Assembly: GCA_019429125.1 (NCBI GenBank)
Contig: JAHYJO010000020.1
Coordinates: 1 to 18,576, forward strand
DNA from: Nanobdellati archaeon
Lineage (GTDB): Archaea > EX4484-52 > GLR71
Direction of reading: 5' to 3'
Length of the DNA: 18,576 bases
Part shown: positions 8,810-17,275 of the stretch, piece by piece
Layout: every line of letters starts with the position of its first letter
Numbering within the stretch: position 1 is the stretch's first letter
Made by a program: the position numbers and the translations under genes
Notes under the pieces: model-generated
What the model was told of the DNA's origin: nothing
Seen by the model: the letters and a program-made list of their open reading frames with translations, nothing else
Databases searched by the model: none

Positions 8810-9295
8810 TTATAATTCTTCAAAAGTTAATCTAATCATTTCCACATCACTGTTGCTTAATTGTTCTATATAAGCACGTATATCTAGTATGAAATTCTCC
8901 GCATCAAAAAACATATTTTCTGCAATATCTTTAGTCATCTCAACATTTTCTTCTTCAGATACATAATACTGTTTATCAATCCGTTCTTTTTTTACAGATT
9001 CTAGATTTCCCTTCAAATTTGAAAGATTAAATACTTTTTCAAGCAAGATTATAGAGGCAGTGTGATTCTCACATTTTATACCACAATAAAAAAATAAAGA
9101 TAAAGAAGCATTGTACATAGCATAGTATGCAGAAGATACTGAATTTTCATAAAGAGGTGAGTCAAATAGTATTTTTGCAGATTTAAGGCAATTATTTGAT
9201 TTAATAGAATAAGAGGTATAGATTTCTGTTGAAGGTTCAATTAATTTAAGTTTTTTTGCATTTTTTAATTTAATCAAAAAATTTCGTTCTTTCAT
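8810..9295 (-). CDS. HEPN-domain protein (putative toxin of an MNT-HEPN pair)
   Basis: LKSAKIL...SSAYYAMYNA...GIKCENH...KERIDKQYY pattern of archaeal HEPN proteins. It overlaps the 3' end of the MNT gene; start 9295 or 9304. Confidence 0.85.
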   Translation of the reverse strand: MKERNFLIKLKNAKKLKLIEPSTEIYTSYSIKSNNCLKSAKILFDSPLYENSVSSAYYAMYNASLSLFFYCGIKCENHTASIILLEKVFNLSNLKGNLESVKKERIDKQYYVSEEENVEMTKDIAENMFFDAENFILDIRAYIEQLSNSDVEMIRLTFEEL

Positions 9296-9824
9296 AAAAT
9301 TCATCAACTCCTTTGATTATGACATGATTTTTTATAATCTCTTTAATCAACAAATCATTAGGATTAAATAAACCAATCTTAACGCTTAATTTTGAGTTTT
9401 TGTTTTCGATCTCATCCCTTAAACTTATTTTATCTGTTTCAACATATAAATCTATATCGCTATCTCTTTTTGCAGTAAACTTTGCATAGCTTCCAAAAAG
9501 GACGATTAGATGGCTTGTTTTGATTGTTAAAATGTCTTTAATTAACGGTTCAAGGTATGGATAATTGCGGATCAATTTTATCATTTTATAATTTTCGGCA
9601 TCATATGCTGATTTTCGTGCAGATAAACTTTTTTTTAAGAAATAAACTTTACTCTTGCCAACCATTTTATAATCAATTACATTATCTTGTTCTAAAGACA
9701 ATAAATTTCTCTGAATTGTTGTTAAAGGTAGGCTTAGGGATTCTGAAATATCTCTACCATAGGTTTCTTTTTTTAATAATATTAGCAGTATTTCAGATTC
9801 AATGTTGATTCTTTTTTAGTTCAT
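9270..9824 (-). pseudogene. wHTH-minimal nucleotidyltransferase (MNT) antitoxin with a premature TAA at codon 3
   Basis: LFGSYAKFTAKRDSDIDL is the GS-x10-DxD motif. The frame stays open 5' of TTG9701 through an HTH-like segment (KRINIESEILLILLKKETYGRDISESLSLPLTTIQRNLLSLE) up to TAA at 9818-9816, directly after ATG9824-AAC. An in-frame ATG at 9833 also precedes the stop. Confidence 0.75.
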
Positions 9825-9874
9825 ATAATTCATTATTGACTTTTAAATACATAAAGGTTTTGGTAGAAAAAATA

Positions 9875-9993
9875 TAGTCCCGCCAGGATTTTCGGACAAA
9901 ATCAGAAAATATGAAAATCTTCTGATTTTTAAAATTCGAACCTGGGTATCCAAATCCAGAGTCTGGAATGATTGGCCTCTACACTACGGGACT
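9875..9993 (-). tRNA. tRNA-Gln(CTG) with a 46-nt intron at position 59/60 (9889-9934); CCA not encoded
   Basis: Minus strand: acceptor AGTCCCG/CGGGACT plus discriminator A (A1-U72, typical of archaeal tRNA-Gln). Anticodon arm CCAGA-CTCTGGA-TTTGG. T-arm CCAGG-TTCGAA[intron]T-CCTGG. Mature length is 73 nt. Confidence 0.93.
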
Positions 9994-10071
9994 ATTTATA
10001 ACAATTATTATTTCTTAAGATATCTTTTTAAATCTAAAACATATTTAAACAATCTCGGCAAAATAATTTGT

Positions 10072-10914
10072 ATGGTAATGATATTCAAGGCTGACGGTAC
10101 AAAAGTTATGTTTGATAAGAAAAAAGCAAAAACCAGTTGTATTCGCGCAGGAGCATCGTCCGCACTTGCAAAAGAGATAATTGAAATACTTATGCAAAAG
10201 CTTACAGACGGTATGACAACTTCAGACATGAAACATATAATCTATTCTGAACTTGACAAAAGAGAGGAACACACAGCTGCAAAATATAATATAAAAAAAG
10301 CCATTGCATGTCTTGATCCTGTAATGCATCAGTTTGAAAAGTATATTTGCCATCTTTACCAGTATTATGGTTACGAAACTGAATGGAGTCCGATACCTAA
10401 ACCTCAAGGGTTCTGTACTGACCACGAGATTGATGTCATGTTGAAAAAAAATAATGAAATGTCATTTATTGAATGCAAACATCATGTCAAGTATCATAGA
10501 TTTACAGGTCTTGATGTACCTATGCGCGTGTGGGCACGATTACAAGATTTACAAGATGGATTTGAAGGTGATAAAAGAGGGTCTTATGATTTTAAGGAAG
10601 CAATCATTGTTACAAATACTAAATTCTCAGATCATGCAAAAAAATATACATTATGTAAAAATAAGAAATTGTCTTTGGTCGGGTGGAACTATCCTGAGTC
10701 TGCTGGAAGTTTGACAAATCTTATTGAAAAGAAAAAAGCGTACCCACTTACAATACTTAATCTTGATAATACAACTATTGATAAACTTTTTGACCTTAGT
10801 GTGCATGACATAAGAGATTTTGTTTATGTTTCTCCTGACATTCTTGTGAATTCTGGTCTCACGCGCGATAAGATTAAATATTTGTGTAATCTTGTTGAAA
10901 AGATAATAGCTTAA
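10072..10914 (+). CDS. ATP-cone domain + Mrr-like PD-(D/E)xK restriction endonuclease protein
   Basis: N-terminal IFKADGTKVMFDKKK (ATP cone), then FEKYI...YGY, HEIDV, IECKHH and VTNTKFS (Mrr_cat-like). TTTAAAC TATA about 25 nt upstream suggests a leaderless mRNA. Confidence 0.82.
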   Translation: MVMIFKADGTKVMFDKKKAKTSCIRAGASSALAKEIIEILMQKLTDGMTTSDMKHIIYSELDKREEHTAAKYNIKKAIACLDPVMHQFEKYICHLYQYYGYETEWSPIPKPQGFCTDHEIDVMLKKNNEMSFIECKHHVKYHRFTGLDVPMRVWARLQDLQDGFEGDKRGSYDFKEAIIVTNTKFSDHAKKYTLCKNKKLSLVGWNYPESAGSLTNLIEKKKAYPLTILNLDNTTIDKLFDLSVHDIRDFVYVSPDILVNSGLTRDKIKYLCNLVEKIIA

Positions 10915-10947
10915 GAATAAAAAGATTTTTAGATAAGATGAGGGTAT

Positions 10948-11424
10948 ATGGCAAAGAAAAAAGAAAGTATAATGGCTAATTCAAAGACATTTGTTATAAT
11001 CATAGCTTTGCTTTTTTTTAGTTCGACATTGGGTGCTGTATTCCTTCAGGCACCGGGACAAAATAATGCCGACATACCTGAGGACCAGATTCTTAAAGAA
11101 CCGTTGACTGCTGAGCAGGAAGCTATACTTCTTCAGAATTTTAGGGTTATTGTTTATGCATATGCTCCTGAATCTAGTTTTCTTATAGATGACCTTGAGA
11201 TGCTTATGAATTCATTCCCTCAAGTTGCAGTAGATGGTGGTGTGGGACATTTCGTGTATCTTGTTAAGGAAACGGGTTTAAGTGAGAGTATAACTATAAA
11301 AGCTGTCGGTAATGAGATTGATTTTGATTCTTATGTTGAAGAAGATATCGTATCTTTTATCTGTGACAATTCGCATCCTTATATATCGTCACAGTATATG
11401 ATTTGCGCGATTAATGATATGTGA
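10948..11424 (+). CDS. Hypothetical protein with N-terminal membrane anchor/signal and acidic extracellular domain
   Basis: Basic N-terminus, hydrophobic FVIIIALLFFSSTLGAVFL and a C-terminal Cys pair. GAGGG SD upstream. Confidence 0.75.
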   Translation: MAKKKESIMANSKTFVIIIALLFFSSTLGAVFLQAPGQNNADIPEDQILKEPLTAEQEAILLQNFRVIVYAYAPESSFLIDDLEMLMNSFPQVAVDGGVGHFVYLVKETGLSESITIKAVGNEIDFDSYVEEDIVSFICDNSHPYISSQYMICAINDM

Positions 11425-11432
11425 GTTGGTAA

Positions 11433-14042
11433 TTATTTTACAACATCATCAATCAATTTCTTGAAGTCTTCAACTTCTTTTTTGAATCGTTCCACAGTCT
11501 TGATCAGATGCTCGCGCTGGACTGTGAACAAACTCATCAGTTGCGCAATCAATTCTTCATCACCTGTGACTTTTTCAGACTTTGCAACTGCGCCTTTTGA
11601 TTTGTATTTTTCATACATAGATTTAACATTTTCGGACATTGCCTTGTATTTGGCTGGGTCTGTCTTTTCTACGCGCTTGGCATAACCTGCAATGCCTGCA
11701 ATTTTTCTTAATTCTTTCCAGGCGCTGAATAGTTCGATGCAGTTAGGCACTATGTCTTCTTTTTTTGTGACACCTAATATTTTTGAGATGTCAACAACCA
11801 TATTTTTGAAATCGTCGGCCTTCTCATCTGTCTTTTTGCCAGCTACAAACTCTAAACGGATGACTCCATCCTGGATCTTTCTTGTGCCTATAATCTTTAT
11901 GCAACCAATTTCGCCCGTGTTTTTAACGTGAGTACCACCACATGCCTCAACATCGAAATCTTTGATTTCTATCACACGAAGGACTGCGCCTGGGACTGCG
12001 CCACCTTGATACAGCCTTGTGCCATATCTTTTTTCTGCAATATCTTTTGAAAGTTGTATTGAGGACACTGGGACGTTTGCTTTTATCATGTCATTTGAGA
12101 GCTTTTCAATTGCCTTAATCTGTTCCGGTGTCAAAAGGTCGTAATGGGTTATGTCAAGGCGCGCTTTCTTTTCTGTCTTTTCTGCGCCAGCCTGCCAAAT
12201 GTGTTCTCCTAAAATCTTTCGTGATGCGCCGTTTATAATGTGGGTTGCTGTATGATGCTGAGACAGTTGTATTCTTCTTTCTTTGTTAATTAGACCTTTG
12301 ACAGTGTCACCAACTTTGAACTCTGGGTTCTTATCAAGCTGATGAATGACTACACCGCCTTGCTTGAATATGTCTACAACTTTGATACCATTGAGGGTTC
12401 CTGTGTCATGCGCCTGGCCACCGCTTGTCGGATAAAAGCAGGTCTTGTCAAGGATGATGTGTACATCTATTACCTTTATAACTTTTGCGTTAAACTCGGT
12501 CGTTAAGTAATTGTCAAAGTACAATTGTTCAGTGTTTTTTATGTCGCCTAATACTAGTTTGTCTTCTTTTTGTATTTTTGTCTTGTGCGCGCTCTTTTCG
12601 TGTCTATCGGTCACTTGCATATAGAAGTCATCAGGAACGTCAACTTTTAATCCGGAGGATTTGAGCATCTCAGGACTTATGCCGTTTGAATCGTAAAGCT
12701 CTATCAGTTTTGATACTGTAATTTTTTTTCCAGCCAGACTTTCAACTATCCTTTTTGATTTTTCTTTTGTTGCATAATATTTCTTTTTTTCTACATCTAA
12801 AATTTCTGAAACTTCGCCTAAGTTATCTGACAATTCTGGATACTGTGGTTTCAAGTATTTTGCGTGTCTTTTGCAGACATCATTTAGGTCAATGTCCCAA
12901 CCGTAACGGTTTATGAAGTCTAATGAACGACGGTATAGTGCGCGCAAGTTGTAGCCACCGCCAACGTTTGAAGGAAGTGCGCCATCAGTTAAAGCAACTA
13001 GCAAGGATCTTGTGTGGTCGCAGATTGAATAGATGCCCGATAATGGTACTATATTGTCTTTTAATTGTTTGACATCATAACCTGTCTTCTCTGCAATGTG
13101 TTTCCAGGTCTTGTTGATGTCGTCAACCTCATCAAGGTTAAGATGTCCTGAATATGGTAAGAATTTCTTTAGCATGTCTCGAACAGGATGTATTCCAGAC
13201 TGTTTATATAAATGAGATACTACAGGACCGAAGTTTGCCTCATAACTTGTCTCAGTACCATGGGTGAACCATGCAGGGCGCTCCTGACCCATACCCATAT
13301 CCAATACTTTAAGGTTTAGGTCTTTTAGGTTGCCTTGAACGTCTCTTTCATATTGCATATAAACCTGGTTTCCAAGTTCAAGACCGCGAGAGAAAAATTC
13401 AATTGACGGACCGAAGTTTCCGCCACCACCCCAGGCATCTTCATGAAATACCAGTTCTTCTTTCGGCAGTTTCATTCCTTTTGTGAGCCAGGTGAAGATG
13501 TCATTAAAATATTTGTCTTGATTATAATCTTTTGCAGGAACAAATGCGTGCTGACCTATCATTGTAAAACCTGTGTAATGGCGGCCAGTTATACCTACAT
13601 TTTCAATGTCTGAGAAACGCATACAAAATTGTGGGATGACCAGTGGGTTTGCAGGGGGCTTAATCTCACCTGAAACTACATATGGCTGAAATCCTGCAAT
13701 TGAGGCAATTGTGAAATCCATTGTAGGATTCCAACGTGCAACAGACGGATATCTTTTGATTGGTGTATAACCTTGTTTTTCAAACATTTTTGAGAATTTT
13801 TGCCAAACTTGAATGTAGTCCATCTTTTCTTTTGCTGGTGTGTCGCCGATAAATGAATAGCCACCGCAACATTCAGGTTCGCCGCATACATTTCGTTCTA
13901 CTCCCGACCAGAAATAGTTGCCACAATTTGAACATCTATATCTTTCTAGACCTAACTGCTTAAATGTAGAAGTAGGATAAAATTTATCCGGTGTCTTTTG
14001 CGCATTTTTCCTTAATCGTTTTTTGATCTCTTTATCATCCAT
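11433..14042 (-). CDS. alaS: Alanyl-tRNA synthetase (archaeal type)
   Basis: N-terminal CSNC...CGEPEC, FTIASIAGFQP, PPANPL, VGITGRH, ELGNQVYMQY, DMGMGQER, DHTR, GGGYNLR and FYPTSGGQ. Editing motifs QHHTATH and EACGGTH. Confidence 0.98.
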   Translation of the reverse strand: MDDKEIKKRLRKNAQKTPDKFYPTSTFKQLGLERYRCSNCGNYFWSGVERNVCGEPECCGGYSFIGDTPAKEKMDYIQVWQKFSKMFEKQGYTPIKRYPSVARWNPTMDFTIASIAGFQPYVVSGEIKPPANPLVIPQFCMRFSDIENVGITGRHYTGFTMIGQHAFVPAKDYNQDKYFNDIFTWLTKGMKLPKEELVFHEDAWGGGGNFGPSIEFFSRGLELGNQVYMQYERDVQGNLKDLNLKVLDMGMGQERPAWFTHGTETSYEANFGPVVSHLYKQSGIHPVRDMLKKFLPYSGHLNLDEVDDINKTWKHIAEKTGYDVKQLKDNIVPLSGIYSICDHTRSLLVALTDGALPSNVGGGYNLRALYRRSLDFINRYGWDIDLNDVCKRHAKYLKPQYPELSDNLGEVSEILDVEKKKYYATKEKSKRIVESLAGKKITVSKLIELYDSNGISPEMLKSSGLKVDVPDDFYMQVTDRHEKSAHKTKIQKEDKLVLGDIKNTEQLYFDNYLTTEFNAKVIKVIDVHIILDKTCFYPTSGGQAHDTGTLNGIKVVDIFKQGGVVIHQLDKNPEFKVGDTVKGLINKERRIQLSQHHTATHIINGASRKILGEHIWQAGAEKTEKKARLDITHYDLLTPEQIKAIEKLSNDMIKANVPVSSIQLSKDIAEKRYGTRLYQGGAVPGAVLRVIEIKDFDVEACGGTHVKNTGEIGCIKIIGTRKIQDGVIRLEFVAGKKTDEKADDFKNMVVDISKILGVTKKEDIVPNCIELFSAWKELRKIAGIAGYAKRVEKTDPAKYKAMSENVKSMYEKYKSKGAVAKSEKVTGDEELIAQLMSLFTVQREHLIKTVERFKKEVEDFKKLIDDVVK

Positions 14043-14162
14043 TGTGATTACCTGATTGATAACAAATATTATGCAGGCAAGTTATTTAATGTTTTTGTAA
14101 ATGTTTCTCCCATAGAATATATATTTAAACACGGATAAACAAAAAATAATAGGGAATATAAT

Positions 14163-14699
14163 ATGGATGATGACATAAAAAAATTGAATCCATCTGTAAA
14201 TTATGATGATAGTTTCACTGGTATACTTAACAATAATGATTTACTTATACAAAAACACATACTTGATAATGAGAGAAAACAAAATAATAAAACGTTTGAC
14301 GAGGACACATTTTATAAATATTTCAGTATTATCATGACATTTATTTTTATGGTTATCATACTTAATGTCACCTTTGTCGCTTACAAAACAATTGACCCAA
14401 CTGCTTTTGATAGCTGTAAGGATATAATATCAAATGACATTATTGATGTGTTCTCCAGTGTAGATGATACAGATTCTGCTGAACGTGCACTTATCAGATG
14501 GAATCCTAAAGATTATGATTTTGAAGAATATAAAATTGAGAATTGTGGCAGAAATGGACTTTTTGCATATTATTTTAAGGACGGAAATAGTACATACATT
14601 GTCTGTGATGATGACACAATACAATATTTTGAAAAGGTATGTGAAGAACCTAGATTTATGAAAAAGATGTTGATCAGTCTTGTAACGATATTCAACTGA
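14163..14699 (+). CDS. Hypothetical single-pass membrane protein
   Basis: TM segment FSIIMTFIFMVIILNVTFVAY, then an acidic domain with 4 Cys. Divergent from alaS. Confidence 0.7.
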   Translation: MDDDIKKLNPSVNYDDSFTGILNNNDLLIQKHILDNERKQNNKTFDEDTFYKYFSIIMTFIFMVIILNVTFVAYKTIDPTAFDSCKDIISNDIIDVFSSVDDTDSAERALIRWNPKDYDFEEYKIENCGRNGLFAYYFKDGNSTYIVCDDDTIQYFEKVCEEPRFMKKMLISLVTIFN

Positions 14700-14713
14700 T
14701 ATAGATTATATAA

Positions 14714-15322
14714 TTATCTGTGATGTCTGCTTATACCCATCCGCATAATGGTCTTTCTTGGAAGTATGAACTCATCTTTTCCATGATATGCTAAAATTGC
14801 AAGGATTGCAAATACTGCAATGAAAACTGCACTGATCAAATTGGAGGACAATGCACCTTGCCTTAAAGCTGTAAGGAGTGTTGTGATATAGATTATCAAT
14901 ACCATCCAGAAATATGAACGATAAAACCTGACATACAATGATTTATATTCTGAGAGGATGGATAGTGGCTGTTTTATGTTTATTATTTCTTCTACTTTTT
15001 CCGTTTCTAACTGTCTTGTATTTAAAATAGATGATATCTCATTTTCCATCTCGCTTTCTTTTAAGGACCAGAACATGTAATAAATATATCTTCTTGCTTC
15101 TTTGAGCCAGAATGTAATTACAAAAAATAGTGATAATGGTATTAGATAATATTCTATACCTGCATTAATCATCAAAGATAATGAAAGAACTAAGATACCC
15201 ACACTCCAGCCTGTAGAATTATCAATACGGTCAATCTCTTTGTTCCTGTTTCTGACGTAACCTGTGTAAAGTGCATCATAGAGTCTTATTGCAGAATCAT
15301 CAGTCAGCGGAATCTTTGACAT
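14714..15322 (-). CDS. DUF2270-like integral membrane protein
   Basis: RIDNSTGWSV, EARRYIYY and RFYRSYFW correspond to the family's RLDxTTNWA / EARRYR / RLRRNY motifs as recalled; 4 TM segments. Confidence 0.75.
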   Translation of the reverse strand: MSKIPLTDDSAIRLYDALYTGYVRNRNKEIDRIDNSTGWSVGILVLSLSLMINAGIEYYLIPLSLFFVITFWLKEARRYIYYMFWSLKESEMENEISSILNTRQLETEKVEEIINIKQPLSILSEYKSLYVRFYRSYFWMVLIIYITTLLTALRQGALSSNLISAVFIAVFAILAILAYHGKDEFILPRKTIMRMGISRHHR

Positions 15323-15538
15323 AATAGATATGTTGTTGTCTGTTGTATATATGTGTTTTTGAAAAAATGTTTTTATTTAAAATATTTGATTGAATGATTA
15401 TTCTATTTTATTATATAATTCCTTGATTTTGTTGTAAAATATGTTTATTTCTAAATAAAAATACGAATAGAAAAAAATTATGATTTCTAATGTAATTATC
15501 ATAATAAATTAATCAATTTTATTGAATATTAAGATAGT

Positions 15539-16426
15539 TCAAATGAATTCTTCGATATTTTTATTCCAGAACTCAATCGATTTTATATCTTCAATGAAAT
15601 CAACTTTAATATCTAAACTCTTAAAATAATCAGTCATTGCTAATAGACTGAATTTTTCAGTTACGTAATGTGAACATCCTAATAAATTTATTTTCAATTC
15701 CTTTGCTTTTGCTATAAAAGGAGGATTGTTCTTTTTTGCATATTCGTTTCCTCTAAAATAAACAATGCCAGTAATATAAGTATCACAGCCAACATCATTT
15801 GCCGCAGATATAAATTCGATATTATCACCTCCGCCAGCAACAACACAAATTCTTTTTATTTTATTATTAAATATAACTTTCTGTAATTTTTTTAAATTAA
15901 GTTTTCGTTTTAATTCTTCTTCAAAAATGTTTAATCTTTCAATATTTAAATCAAAATATACCCCTAAAGGTTCTCCATTAATATATAATCTTTTTGAATT
16001 TTTTATATTTAAATGTTTTAACAGTTGAATGCTTGGTGCATATTTCGGATGATAATCTAAAACATCATGCAAAACAAAAAGTGAAATTTTGTTTGTTTTG
16101 AGTAGTTCATAAGACCTTTTTGATATTGGAACAAAACCGGATCCGAACTGGTTCCAATCCATAGGGTGATGAGAAAAAATTAAAGAATTTTTGTTTGTTT
16201 GTTTTGCTAATTTTAATATTATTTCTTCTGAAGGAAAGACTACACAAAAAATTTTTTCAATTTTATCAGTATTATCTAACATTAAACCTGAAAAATAGTT
16301 TTTATAATTTATTGTGCAATACGTTTCAAAATGTTTATCAAGGATTGGTTGAATTTGTCTAAAAATATCTTTTTTATATATTGGAAAATCTTTTTCTAAA
16401 ATCATTAAAAGTTTATTTTTTTCCAT
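15539..16426 (-). CDS. Nif3/DUF34-family dinuclear metal-centre protein
   Basis: IFSHHPM, LHDVLD, VVAGGGD, YITG and SHYVTEK are the conserved His/Asp/Glu metal ligands. Confidence 0.88.
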   Translation of the reverse strand: MEKNKLLMILEKDFPIYKKDIFRQIQPILDKHFETYCTINYKNYFSGLMLDNTDKIEKIFCVVFPSEEIILKLAKQTNKNSLIFSHHPMDWNQFGSGFVPISKRSYELLKTNKISLFVLHDVLDYHPKYAPSIQLLKHLNIKNSKRLYINGEPLGVYFDLNIERLNIFEEELKRKLNLKKLQKVIFNNKIKRICVVAGGGDNIEFISAANDVGCDTYITGIVYFRGNEYAKKNNPPFIAKAKELKINLLGCSHYVTEKFSLLAMTDYFKSLDIKVDFIEDIKSIEFWNKNIEEFI

Positions 16427-16427
16427 A

Positions 16428-17273
16428 TTAATCCCTCATAGCGATTAATAAAAGCATATTACCTCTAGAAGCTGTCTCATCTTCAAGACAAACCTTTTTC
16501 TCTATTTCAAGTATCTTATTATAATTCTTTTTATTAGAGAGTATAGTCTCTAATTTTTTTGTATTACCAAATATTTTTGTTTCTTCAGTTCCAGGATAAA
16601 TTGTTACTGGAAAACCCAAAATTTTCAAAGGTTTTATTCCAACAGAAGTACATAGTTTTTTTAATGATTTTGGAGTATAAGTATGCATTTTAGGAACCTC
16701 CTCGGTAAATTTTACATAAGACTCATTCAGATTCATATCAAGTTGTTCAAGAGCATTTCTTTGAATATTAAAATAAAGTGCATGATACTTATTAGCAACC
16801 ATCAATACAATTAAACCACCTTTATTTGTTACTTTCACGATATTACTAAGAGCATTTTTTGGAGAATCTACAAAACTAAAAACATTGTTCATCGATATTA
16901 TAAGATCAAATTTCGTTTTGCTAAATGTTTCAAACTTATCTAAGTTTCCTTCTATGAGTTTTACCCGAGAATTTAATTTTTTTTCCCTTATCTTTTTATC
17001 AGCCACAGCTAACATATTTTCACTTATATCAAATACTTCTGCAATGCAATTTGTATGTTCTAATATTTTTAAACTCCATCTTGCAGTACCGCCACCAGCA
17101 TCAAGAAGATTAAATGTTTTTGAAAATTTACTCAATATTTCTTTTTTCAAAATATACCATAATATATCATCAGAAAGCTCCCAATATAATTGCCCATCGA
17201 CATCATCATAATGATTAGCTTTTTTTGCAAAATAATCTATTACTTCTCCAATATTCTTCTCCAAAATAATCAC
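16428..17273 (-). CDS. Class I SAM-dependent methyltransferase
   Basis: LLDAGGGTARWS (motif I), FDISENML, FDLII, NVFSF...P, KGG. GTG start 2 nt after the upstream stop. Confidence 0.9.
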   Translation of the reverse strand: MIILEKNIGEVIDYFAKKANHYDDVDGQLYWELSDDILWYILKKEILSKFSKTFNLLDAGGGTARWSLKILEHTNCIAEVFDISENMLAVADKKIREKKLNSRVKLIEGNLDKFETFSKTKFDLIISMNNVFSFVDSPKNALSNIVKVTNKGGLIVLMVANKYHALYFNIQRNALEQLDMNLNESYVKFTEEVPKMHTYTPKSLKKLCTSVGIKPLKILGFPVTIYPGTEETKIFGNTKKLETILSNKKNYNKILEIEKKVCLEDETASRGNMLLLIAMRD

Positions 17274-17275
17274 TT

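Noticed and set aside
128-9824. Stop-codon reassignment (TAA read as sense) suggested by in-frame TAAs in pyrE and the MNT gene
   Set aside because: TAA terminates conserved genes at the expected places (rps17e, nop5, ino1), and long genes such as alaS have no internal TAA. pyrE also has a TGA and a frameshift, which indicates decay.
7160-9890. Integrated element bounded by a duplicated tRNA 3' end
   Set aside because: I saw no second copy of AGTCCCGCCAGG and no integrase in the window.
9889-9934. C/D guide RNA encoded in the tRNA intron, as in archaeal pre-tRNA-Trp
   Set aside because: There is one CTGA, buried in a stem, and no RTGATGA box C.
2310-17211. Short overlapping or antisense track ORFs (2310, 2444, 4110, 4160, 4487, 4497, 4715, 4825, 5201, 5513, 9557, 10008, 10222, 10454, 11461, 11692, 13676, 14430, 14464, 16885)
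   Set aside because: They are shadows of better-supported genes, with atypical composition and no recognisable motifs.
7209-17273. Functional link between the SAHH-like fusion and the operon methyltransferase (SAH recycling)
   Set aside because: They are about 8 kb apart with housekeeping genes between them, and the SAHH-like motifs are divergent. Nothing in the sequence supports a link.
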